A stretch of 64,000 bases of DNA from Geosiphon pyriformis uo1 (lineage: Eukaryota; Fungi; Glomeromycota): positions 124,001 through 188,000 of the forward strand of contig JAAOMT010000494.1 in NCBI GenBank assembly GCA_016748015.1, given 5' to 3'. Under the pieces are notes generated by a model. It had not been told where the DNA came from. It ran no database searches and saw only the letters and a list, made by a program, of their open reading frames with translations. Shown here in pieces: positions 11,801 to 23,764 of this stretch. Positions within the stretch are counted from its first letter, which is position 1; each line of letters opens with the position of its first letter. The position numbers and the translations under genes were made by a program.

Positions 11801-13538
11801 GAGTTCTTCTGTGCGTATTCATGTCAGTGCTTCTGATAACTTTTTGGTGGACATGATTTGTGTTCTTCTTGATTGCAATTTGTCTCTGGGTGGCTCTATG
11901 GCCAATTTTTTTCAGTTTCGTGGTGGAGTCTCTATGTTTGCCATTCTGGGTGAGTCATAATTTCTCAGGTTTTTCCCTTCTCTCCAATAGTATAATATTG
12001 GTTTTGTGAATCAACTTCGTGATTATTATGGTTCTGTCTTTGATTGGCACACTTTCAAGCATTGGAAAAGGTTAGACCCTCATGGCTCTGTTTCTAAGTG
12101 GTTTAAGCTTTCTGTTGCATTTTTCGATGGTGAAGATTTCTCTCTTACTTATCCTTTAGTTTCAGATGGTGTTGGTTCTTTGAATATTTTTGATTTTAGT
12201 GATTTTGTTTCTATCTGTGATCATCTTTTACAAGTTAATGCTGACAGTTTGTTGGTGTATATGGATGGGTCCCTTAGTAATCTGGGCACAGTTGGTTGTA
12301 GAGCTGGTGCCACTGCTTTTTTTGAAGACATTGATTTGGGTTTGGGTATTGGTGTGTCAGATTTAATGTTGTCTACTTTGGCAGAGTTGCAGGTTATTAC
12401 ACTGGCTCTGAAGAGTATCCTCCCACTGAGCTCTGTTAAATTGTTTTTGAATAGTCAATCTGCTCTGGATGTCTGTAAGTCTAAATTGAATCTGATATGT
12501 TCTGACTTTCATAATCAGTGTTGGATTGAACATCATCATATTGTCAATATTATTCACAGTAAGAATTTGAAGGTCAGCTGGCATATAGTTAAAGGCCACT
12601 TTGGTGTTTCAGGAAATGAATGTGTTAATGCAATTGCTAGTGATGCTTTTTTCTTTAGCTGGTATCTTCCTCCTTGCTTGAATAAACACTTTTTGATAGC
12701 TGATGATAGTGTAGTTTCTGGCAATTCCAGACATTTTATATGTGATATTTATTGTTCGATTTGTTATGTGTACTGAGAGATTGGTTCTGGTTTCAAGTTT
12801 TTAGCAGGTGATTTGCTTTCTAAGATTGACTGAGTCTGTTTATTTTTGGTTTGGCACCCTGACTTGCATTTGGCCACTGGTTTTACCAGCAGACCCTTGG
12901 CTAATACATGCACTTATTTTATAAAGGCTTTGCATCACCAGCTGCCAGTTGTTGTTTGGAAGTGCCTTTATAATAAGCTATATTCGAGTGTATTGTGCTT
13001 ATATTGTGGTAATGTAGAGGCATCAGATCATGTGTTCTCTTACAAGATTGATGATTCTGTTTGATGTCAGTTGTTAGAATTCTATGTGAACTCCTGGAAG
13101 GCAGTTTCTGGCTTTTCTTATTCTTCTTCAGACATACTACAACTGTTGTTTTTATGTGTCTTTGATTCTTTTTTGTCCATGGCTCTTTATAAGGATTTCA
13201 TTTTTAATGATTGGTTTTGCGAAGTGGTTACCATCTTTCACAATCCCAAGGTTACTGGTTTGGAAATTGTCAAATTTGTGTGCTCTCTTAGTCTTGATTT
13301 TAGGAGTAATGTCTGGTCAATTTGTGTTAAACATTGTGCTTATATGGAGAAGAATGGATTGATTTCTCTTAATGGTTCAGTTCTCATCTTGGTTTCTGGT
13401 TTGGCCTCAGGGTTGTCAGCTGGGGTGGTCAAATTGCTTGACATTGCTAATGCTTTTGGTATTTGTTTTGGTTTTCACAAGTCTTGTTTGTTTTTTTCAA
13501 GCATAAATGACTTAATTTCAGTTCACATAGCTGCATAA
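8850..13538 (+). pseudogene. LINE ORF2 (AP endonuclease, reverse transcriptase, RNase H, C-terminal Cys/His finger), many premature stops
   Basis: APE motifs ATCNV*SIN, ITKTKL, LGGDFN, TIDFLF and IDHHAV. RT motifs LIPKP, LQNMWKAYN, DQGEVFSP, AFMDD and YLG. RNase H motifs VYMDGS, AELQ and VKGHFGVSGNE. Finger CLYCGNVEASDHVF. Confidence 0.92.
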
Positions 13539-13812
13539 TGTTGTTCTGATCGGCCCAAGTGGCTGGTTACATGTAGAAAGTGCATAATTCATGCTTAGTT
13601 TAGATTAACTCTTTGATGTATAGCACTAGGTAGTTTTTGGACCTCACTCATAAAGCAAAAAAAAAATTATAATGTTTTGTTAATTAAATAAAATATTTAT
13701 AATATTTATGTAATATTAATTATTTTTATTTTATTTTATTTAATAAATACAATTCAATTATTAATAATTAATTAAGTCTGTTATACAATTTACATATAAT
13801 ATAAATAAATAT

Positions 13813-16654
13813 TTTTTTTTTATTAATGTTTAACGAGTGAGACCCAAAAGCCACTTAGTGCAATACATCAAACTAAGCAATCTAAACTAGGTGCTAATCA
13901 TGCACTTTCTACACGTGACCAATTACTTGGACCAATCAAAGCAACACTATAAATCTATCAGAACAGAAACCACACCATTTATACCAGAAAAAAAGCAGCT
14001 ATGTTTATGAAAACCAAAACAGACACCAACCATCTCGAAAATTCCAAGCAACCTAATCACCTTAGCAGAAAACATGCATGACAAACCATGAGTCACAGGA
14101 TACACAAAACCATCAAGTGGAATTAAACCATCTTTTTCCATCAAAGCTTTATATTTAGCTCTAATCATCCAAATATCTAAGCGGTAAGCAGCACCCAATT
14201 CTTGAACAAAATCAATAATAAATCTTCCCACAACCTTGGTATCACTTAGAATAGATGAAACTTCCTGAACCCAATCCCTAAACACAAAACCTTTGTCCAT
14301 GGTAGTATACAACACATCATCAGATATGTACAGAGAGAGCATCTATAAGACATAAAACAAATGCAAGCCCAATCCAGAAACACTTTGCCACTTGGCCAGA
14401 TGAGACTTGAGAATGCTCTTATGAGCATCAGAATCAAATGTGCAAACAAAGGAATGGTCAGAACTTTCTACTTTACCACAATGCAGGCATGAGACACTTG
14501 GGTAGACCTTACTATACAGACATTTTTGCACAGCAACTGGAAGACGGCGGTGGAGAGCCTTTAAAAAATAAGAGTGCAAACCAGCCATAAATTTACTGGT
14601 AAAGCCAGCTGCCATATGGGAGTCAGGATGCCACACTGAAGCAGTGCAAAACCAGTTCACATCACCAAGCAAACTGTCATCAACAATGTTGAAACCAGGA
14701 CCAACCTCCCAGCGAGCCTGATTAATAAACCTGAAAATCTCATGAACAAAATGACAAACATTCCCAAACACTGTCTCCCCAGTAGCCATGATAAATCTCT
14801 CTCTAACCAAAACAGAAAGTGCCAAAGAAGAGCTTGCAGCTAGACCAGCCAACTTATCAGCACACTCATTACTTACAACACCTAAATGTCCTTTTACTTT
14901 ATGCCAAGAAACAACAAGCTGCTTTTTTCTAATTAAATTGACAATGCCACACTACTCCATTCAACAGCGGTTGTGGAAATCTGGAGACACCAGAGCAGAT
15001 TCAGCCACACATGCATCCAATACAGCCTAATTGTCTGAATAAACTATCACAGAACTGTCAGAGGGAACACACTCTAATGCCAAAACAATTGTCTGCAGTT
15101 CTGTTATAGTCGAAGACACCAATCCACCAATTTTAACACTAATACCTATGTCCAGATCTGAGAAATAAGCAGCAGCACCACATTTCATTTCACGTGAACC
15201 CAAATTTCTCAATGATCCATCAGTGTAAACATTGACTACCCTTATATTTGCTGAAAAGAGACAATGGCTCAATCCAGAAACTGTACCTGAACTGCAAACA
15301 TCCATATTCCACAAACCTTCAATGCGCAAATCATTAAAAGTAGAAGATTGATCCAAAAAGTCACAAATCAAAGTGAACCAATGAAAAACAGAGCCCCTCA
15401 GATCAAGTTTCTTCCAATGACGAAAGCTTTTTCAATCAAAAATTAAACCTTTTTTGGTATATAACTGCTTGACAAAGGTGACCTTAAACTTTCTAAGAAA
15501 CAAAAAGACATTATAAAACAAAAAAGCACCTAGGACTGCAAATATTGGTGTCCCACCAGAAAATTGGAATACAAAAACAGAGAGATTGCTGAGAGACATA
15601 CCACAGTCCAAAAAAATTCTAATGACTCCTGCCAAAAAATTATTAACTGAACTAACACGCAACCTAATCAGACAACATAGAGAGTGAATAGATGACCAAC
15701 CCAAGACTTAAAGATCCAGAGATCTATGATTGAACAAATGACCAAGAATACTATTAGCATTTGAGAAACACAACACAGAAGCCACCTTGCATTCAGTTTG
15801 CAACTGCTCAAAAGATCTTAAACCATACAAAGAGGGATGATAAAAGGCCTCATTAGGAAAGTCTCTTAGAAGACCAGCTTTAAGCCTCAACTCCCTTCTG
15901 ATCAATGTATTCCACTTCATACACATATTCCTGAAGACAAAGCTGAACTGAGTCCTATAACTAATAATCGGTTGTAACACAGCTAATACTAATAAAGAAA
16001 CTGCTTGTCTGAAATAGCTTTCTTGAAAACCAAATTGACAAAAAACTTGACATCCATGTGTACCTTAGCCAAGCTTGGTTTGGACAACCCTTCAGATGAC
16101 AAATAAATACCAAGATATTGATGAGACTCCTTCCTGCAAGCAATTGAAATTAGTAGACCACTAGTTGACAATAAAGCATTACTAATCCTCTGATTAATAA
16201 GAATGGCTACAGTTTTTTTATTATTGATAGAAATGTCGTTTATCCTGAAAAATTCACTCGCTGTGTCCAAAATATATTGAATGGCAGCCTGACTGCTCCC
16301 CATTCAGATGGTATCATCCATGAATGCACTAGCAGCCAGAAAAGAAGTCAAACTGTCTTGGTTTTCTATTCTGCCAGTCTTAGCTACAAATTTAGTATCA
16401 ATTTGGTAACCACACAAACTTTTCTGTCTCTTAATCTCACACAAAAGGGGGTCATAAAAGATTCTCTACAGCAAAGGAGAGAAAATTTCACTCTGATTAA
16501 GACCATCATGCATTTGATAGCCATCCATTAAACCAAAATCAGTCATAATCTGGTTAACGCAGTTATTGTGAATTGAACCAAAAAATCTAATAAAATGCCT
16601 GCATATTTTGATCCAAACCAAACTATTATGCAAGTGATGCCAATTTACAGAGTC
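13813..16654 (-). mobile_element. 5'-truncated degenerate LINE of a related subfamily (RT C-half, RNase H, zinc finger, 3' UTR, poly(A))
   Basis: Minus-strand frames give YDSVNWHHL, QSEIFSPLL, FMDDTI, YLG, YTDGS, VKGHLGVVSNE and CLHCGKVESSDH. Poly(T) at about 13812-13821 on the plus strand. Identical 12-mer ATAAATAAATAT at 13801-13812 and 16655-16666 (TSD). Confidence 0.92.
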
Positions 16655-18743
16655 ATAAATAAATATATTATATTATAATTACAAATAATAAATATTTATT
16701 ATATAAAAAAAATATAAATATTATATTTTTATTTTTATCTTTTTTATTTTATGATTTTTTATTTTATATATTAATTAATAATAATTAATATTTTAAAAAA
16801 TTTAATTTTTAATAATAATAATATTATAAATATTAAAGTTTTTTTGGTTTTAATAAAATTGTTTTAATTTAATTTGATAAATTTGTTTATATATATTAAT
16901 TATTATTTAATTTGCTATGTTTTTAATAATTATTATTGTAAAATCTAATAAAAACAAAAAAACAAATTTTTTTCAAAGTTTAAAGTTTAAATGTTAATAT
17001 ATATTTTTAATTATATTGTGTTGCTTAAAAATATAATATCATGTATTTTTATGTTTGAAATATAATTCAATTACTAAATATCTTATATAATATTATAGTT
17101 AAATTTTTTTAGTTTTTAGTTTTTTTAGTTATATATATTAGTTAATAATTAATAATTTGATTAATAACTTAATTATTAATTAAATTATACAAAATAGAAA
17201 AAAAGCTATTGTTTACAGCCAAAATAAAATCAAATATTATAATTGGTATTGGTGTTATAAAAGTTAATTTAGTTATTTTTTTCTTATAAAAAGATTACAA
17301 AAAATATTTGTAATATGTGTTAAAATATTTTATAATAATTTTAAGTTTTACAATTTGAATGTTTTTTTACAAATAAATGTAAAATAATTGGTTAAGTATT
17401 ATAGTTCAAAAACATGTGCATATAAACTATTTGCTAATATTAATTTTTAATAACAATAATAACAATAAAAAAAAATTACTACCATTAAAAAGGATTAATA
17501 GTCATCTCTAAAAAATAGGGTAAAAAGTTTTCCAGTCTGATGACAAAAGTTCATGAACATTGTCATCATTGCTCGTGAGAAATATTTTTGCTAAATTCTT
17601 TCAATGTGTCCTCAAGATTACACAGAGATTGGTTCATCATAAAAATATGCACTGCTTTAATTTTTTTAAAAAAAGCTCAGTTTTGTCCCAATTTGAGAAG
17701 GTACATATTTTGATTAAATTTTTAAGCTTGATTCAATTTGAAATTTTGTTTTTAGGAAGTGAAAAAACTTCCATGTATTTTGAAAACATGCTGATTGTTT
17801 GATTTATCTTCAAAATTTGCCAAAATTTAAATAACTCATTTGAATTTTTCAAGTTGTGACCTATTGGAGTGATGGCCATGTGAAGTCTTAATTTTTTACA
17901 AATTTTTAAGCCTCCAAAAAGTTGCTCGTTCTGTTTGAGGAGGTTTTTGATCAAATTATTTTTAATAGATTAATATTACAAAAAGGGGATAAATTATGCA
18001 GACGCCGAATTTTTCGTGTGACAAAAATTTAGTATAACATTGCACAGTCAATGTGGATTTATTTTTACCAAATTTCGAACTTTCTGTGGGTCGGATCGAA
18101 GATCCCTTTGCCGAATTTTTTGTCAAAGAAATTAGCAATTCTTGAAATTTTTTCGGTCCGAAGTATGTTATTTTACCGGCGGTGCGTTGCACTTCAACAA
18201 GATATTTTCTTAATCATCGTGGTTGAAGAAATGAACTGTAGTTATTTTTCATGACCAAAAGTTTTATTGTTTGACTTTTTGAAAAATTAAACGAATTTCA
18301 TAAGATAAAGGGAAATTTTTGATATTTTAAAAGAATGTCACAAATGAAAATATATAAAATCTTTAAAATTAAGTTCCAAAGGCTTACTTTTATTATAACT
18401 CTTTTGAATTCAATTTATTTTCAAAAACCAGCTGACATCATTTAAATTGATTATTGAGAATTGAAAGGATTTGTCTAAATGACCAATGTTAAAAGAAGCT
18501 ATAGCTTGAATAAACGAAGCCAATGCTGAAAAAATCTCGCTGAAATAATATTTGGCCAAGCTTTTTCTCAAAACTTTAAAAAACCTTTTAAGCTAGTGAG
18601 CTTTATAAATATTTTTTAATTTCTGGATAAAAAATGGCTATGTTTTTAATCTAGATATTTGCTAATTTGAAAATACCCAAAAAAATCAATAAATTTTAAC
18701 TGTAGGTATCATCCTTGAAACCTTCAATTTTTACTTATGAGCT

Positions 18744-19353
18744 ATGCTTAATTTTAAAGGAACTGTGAAGATTTTATTTCTAGGTGATACGGCTTATTAC
18801 GCTTATCAGACTTATTGTTTACTTGCTGAATCGAGGTTTATCGATGAGAATATATATGGTATACAAGCTTCTATTTCGCTTGCAATCCTTTTAATTACTT
18901 ATTTTAATACTGAATTTCTTTGAAATTAAATTTAGCATGGGTAACTCCAGCTCCAAAAAAATTTACCTTGAGAAATGCTGCTAAACATACAATTTCAATA
19001 CAAGTTAGAGGGCGAGAATTAACCTATGAGAGAATGGTGCAATGGGGCTTTTAAGACCTTGAAACGTGGAGGACATAAATTCTGGGAATATTTCAAAGTA
19101 CCTTTAGAATCCTATGAAAGATATGAAAAAAATTTAAAAGACAGAATATTAGATCTTCTTGAGAAATATGTGTCCAACAAATCTTATAGAAATTATAGTT
19201 TTATTTTTACAGGTCACGGTGAAGGTGGAGGTAGGCAATAGTTATTTGTATATTTATGTTTAATATACATTTAACCAATATGTTTAAATTTTTTTAAAAT
19301 CTTTAGCTACCTATGCTGCATTTGACTTTTGGGAAAATAACCTGGATAAATAA
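18744..19353 (+). pseudogene. Class-3 lipase-like pseudogene fragment (frameshift near 19025, truncated after third exon)
   Basis: YYAYQTYC, VRGRELT/MREW and FIFTGHGEGG|ATYAAFD. Introns 18859-18935 and 19231-19306 sit at the same positions as in the 35-37 kb lipase gene. An extra nucleotide occurs before ATG 19026; stop at 19351-19353. Confidence 0.75.
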
Positions 19354-20779
19354 ACATAAACATAAACATATTTTAATACTAAAAGATGGTTTGTTTTAAA
19401 ACGAAATTGGCCAGAAACAGTTTTACGAAAACTTATTGAGCAATTCAGATTTTATATTATATTCACGTATTAAATATGATTATTGAAAATGTAAATGAAA
19501 CACCTCTTCTTTTTGATATTTTTAATAATAATAATAATAATAATAATAATTATAATAATAAAATAATACTACTACTATTTAAAAAAAACTGGAGTACTAA
19601 TTTCACGCAAATTGAGAAGAATATATAAATAGCAATAAAATAATATTTATTTTTTTCACAGTCATTTAATGACTTTCTTTTCAAACATTGATTTAATGAA
19701 AAAACAAAAATATGGACATAATTTCAGGTGAATTAACCAACAAACCTCAACCATTATATATAAATATATAAATATAATATCCATTTTAATCAAATATAAA
19801 ATATTTCTTTATTATAGCATCACCAATTATATAACAATTGAATGATTAAAGAAACAAAAAATCCAACATTTTTTGGTCATATTCAATCATATTGTTATTA
19901 AATTGCATGAAATCAAGTTGATTAAGCATTTATTGAAATGTTGTGATATTTTTAATGTTCATAATAAAACAAAAAATAAGATTATTTTATTATTAAAATT
20001 GGCTTGAAAACCTCAAAAATTCAATTACATATACATAATTAAAATAATACTAATAATTTATAATTTTGAAAAGTCATCTAATTGATAGTTTTAATGATAA
20101 TTATTATAATCTTGAAACTATTAATTTTACAAATTTATAAAATTAAATAATTTATATTTTTAAATATAAAATTTGGTATTTGTAAAGACAGCGAAAAGTT
20201 CCTCCTCTGAGAAAAATTGTAAGGCATAACAAATAATAATAAAAAATACTGCGATTCCCTTTAGTTTTGTCGCTAATAAGTAAATAAGTTTCATTGAATG
20301 GAAAAACAACTTTTAAATAAGTTTTCTGGTTCTTAAAATTGGTGATTTTTTCGGCATCTTTCTAATAATTTATAATTACAAGTTTGAAATCACTAGAGAT
20401 AACACTTTTGAATTTCTACTTTAATAAGTCTATTTCGATTCAGATTTCTTGCCAAAAAGATTGGGTTAGTGTGAAAATCAAAATCAATTTTTAGGTCTAG
20501 CTTTTTTGACTGTAAGTTATTTCATATAGGCATAAAAATAGGCAGTGTATATTGAGATGCATTCTTTAGAGTCCTTTTTACCATCCTTAATGTTCTGCAG
20601 CAAACATGTTTGCATTAGTTAATTTGACAAAATATCCACTCGATTCTTCTATTTCAAAACTCTGCTTTTTTAATTTCAAAGCTATTATGTAACAAATTAT
20701 ACTACTATTAAAAATTGCAAATAAAGAAATCACAAATTTAAAAACCTGAGACTTCTAATTTCGTTAATACAAAATTTTC

Positions 20780-20813
<34 letters not shown>

Positions 20814-21951
20814 TTTGAGAATAATCTAAAAAATTAAATACATGATTAATTTCATATTTATTAATTTAAATCATGATTTAATAACTAAGAATAGAATTAA
20901 TTTTTAAAAAATTTATATATATATTCCTAGTCAAAAAATAAATAAAATTATATATATATTATTAAAAATAATCTGAATAAAGACAAAAATAATTTGTGAT
21001 TAATTTACTATTACAATAAAAAAACCCCCAATTCTTAGAAATAGTTTTATAGAAAAAAAGACTAATAAAAAAATATTCAATCAGAATTTTTATATAAAAA
21101 ACTTTTATATTTCCAAGCAACTTTATTTATATAATTTATTTTTCAATATTGTTAAATAAACTTTTTATAATTATTTTATCTTAATTATAACTTTTAGTAA
21201 ATTATTTTTATATAAAGCGAATAAAGCATTAAAAATTTAAAAATATTTTCAATAAAAAATGTGTGAATTGAATGCTTAATTATAAAAATTTGTAAAAAAA
21301 TTATTTTTATAATATTAGCAAAAGAATTTCATTTTTTTGTACTAAATTAATGCAATCAAACAAAATATTTCATTTATTATTATTAAAATTTTTTAATTTA
21401 AAAAATATATTAATTATTTATTTTTAAATATCGGCATAAAATATTGCCACTCGTTAAATGTTTAATAAAAATAAAAATAAAAATAAAAAAATATTGCTTG
21501 CTATGAACATGCTCAATATTTATAATAAAAGTATTGCAATATAATATCCATAACTTCTCTCAACAGTATGGAAAGCTTGAAATTCTGTCAAATCCAGTTA
21601 TATTTTTTTTAAAAAGGTTTTTTGCAAAATAAAAAACTAATGTGATAATTTCTTGTTTAGAATTTTTATCATATAAAACAATAACAACGATAATAGCGAT
21701 AATAGCGATATAACGGAAGTCACCATTTTATTTTATATCCAAAATATGGTCCATTATGTGAATTTAAGATCAAATATTTACCAATCCCGATCTCTAAATT
21801 CGATGCTCACATGATCATATTATGACATAATAGGCAGATATATCATCTGAAAACATATCATTCTGACTTTATTTTAACAAAAGGGAAAAGATTGCTACAA
21901 CTATAATCTCACGTTTTCGGATCTAAATCAATCACTTTTAACTAATAATAC

Positions 21952-21999
<48 letters not shown>

Positions 22000-22153
22000 C
22001 TTACCAAATTCTCACATTCTATGTCAGGCAAATGCATATCATAAACGAATCAGAGTCAGGCTAGATTCAAAGATATATATAAAGACATTCCCAAACTCTC
22101 AATTTTCTTAATTAAACATATCTCTTTTAATCCAACTATATTTCTATTAAAGG

Positions 22154-22869
22154 ATGCCACGTGTAAAATCTATTCCAAGACTTCCCAATTCACCACCAAA
22201 AACCCCAATAAAATTTTCCCCCGTCCGGAAATCGCGAATGACGTCCGTGAAAAATCATTTATTAACAAAAACAGAGCCTTCTTACCGTCATAAAGAATCA
22301 AGTAAAATAACAACAAAAAGGTCAAAAGGAGCATCACTAAAACATTATCCTTATGATCAACACGATAACAAGAGATTCAAGACCGAATTAAGAACGGCTA
22401 ACGATATCAATACTAAAACCCCAAAGAGATTCCATATCAAGACTTTCGACAATCGATTTTTAGGTAATGGAATATGGGGGTTGGAAATTCTTGGTGATAC
22501 CAACGAAATCATGCATCTCGAAAATCATGGAAATAAAGTTTTCAGTATAAATAAAGATCAGGAATTGTGTGATGAAACTGGACATCTTCTTACTTTCTTA
22601 CCACATGGACTAGCAAATGGAGCTTTTATTATTAAAGTCAAGATGATATCCAATGAGGTAATCAATTAATAATTTTTATTATTTGAAAAATATTCTTTAT
22701 AATTGCTAAAAGTTTTTTTCTCCCAATTCAGAGTGTCCTTGAAGCCATAAACGCGTCCAACAATTCAGGCGGGAAATTTCTTGCTGCAGCTAAAGATTGT
22801 CTCGAGTTATCAGATTTTGATGATTCAAAGTCCAAGTTTGATTTAATGGCGACTCATGAAGATGATTAG
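22154..22869 (+). CDS. Hypothetical protein with basic, Ser/Pro-rich N-terminus; exons 22154-22657, 22732-22869
   Basis: 171-codon ORF with gene-like GC content. A GT-AG intron gives an in-frame second exon ending TAG. No family recognised. Confidence 0.65.
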
Positions 22870-23384
22870 TATAAAAATTGGCTTAAAATTTCTTGAATTG
22901 GAAATTAGAAAATTCAATAATTTAAGCATTCACCTTAGTCATAGCTTTATGGTTAGAAACTATATGAAAACTTGAAACCAATTCAATTATTTGAGGTTTC
23001 AATTTGTAATTTTTCGTTGTGAAATATATAAACCTGTAAAGAAAAAAGAAAATCTTCAAGTTATTATTTTTCACCTTTAATTCTTTGATTTTTAATGTTT
23101 TGCCAAAGTTTTAAAAAAAGCAGGGCAATAAAAGAAGATTCATAATTTTTCTATTTTTGGTTAAATGAATTTAAATATTACAAATTAATCACGTGTGTCC
23201 AAAAAAGGCTGAAACTCACGGAATCCTAATTAGTAATTCAATGAGTAGATCAATGTCATCTCCCTTTCACCATTCATGTTTAAAATCCTTAAAAAGGCTC
23301 TGTTACGGTTACTTTTCAACTTGAACCACTAAATTTCTTCTCAATAAAGTCCTCGAAAATCCTTTTTAAACTAAAAAATTTATC

Positions 23385-23712
23385 ATGTCCATTGAATCAA
23401 TAATCAAACAAGGGATCACCTATAACGGCTGCTGGCCAACAAGCCCCAAACATGATAAAATCGATAAAAATGGAGATTTAGACAGTAAAGTAACCATCAA
23501 ATCTTTGAGGTCGGAACGAAATCCAGAACAAGAAATTCATAGAGTAGCCTATGAGACATTACAAGAATGCGTTGATGTTTTAGCTACGTTGCTGTATGAT
23601 GAAAATTATACGTGGGAAAGTCAAATGTTACCGAAAAGTACAATCGGAAAGCATGTTAGGTATGTTACCTTTTTGATAAGATTGAGGGAATTTCTGGCGA
23701 AGATGATTTTGA

Positions 23713-23764
<52 letters not shown>

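Larger units (their letters stand above)
6810..13666 (+). mobile_element. Apparently full-length, degenerate non-LTR retrotransposon (LINE): ORF1, ORF2 (APE-RT-RNase H-zinc finger), 3' UTR, poly(A)
   Basis: Two long stop-interrupted frames, poly(A) at 13657-13666, and candidate 8-bp TSD AATTATAA at 6802-6809 and 13665-13672. Confidence 0.93.

Noticed and set aside
8850-13538. In-frame stops as a sign of an alternative genetic code or readthrough
   Set aside because: All three stop types occur at positions explained by C>T/G>A, missense decay hits conserved motifs too, and host genes use standard stops.
13855-13870. ATTGCAC (U1A/U2B''-type motif) on the minus strand in the LINE 3' UTR, suggesting snRNA origin
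   Set aside because: Copy 1 has ATAGCAC, and the rest does not resemble U1 or U2 snRNA.
17560-18254. Cluster of short overlapping ORFs
   Set aside because: No recognisable domain, splice pattern or consistent frame.
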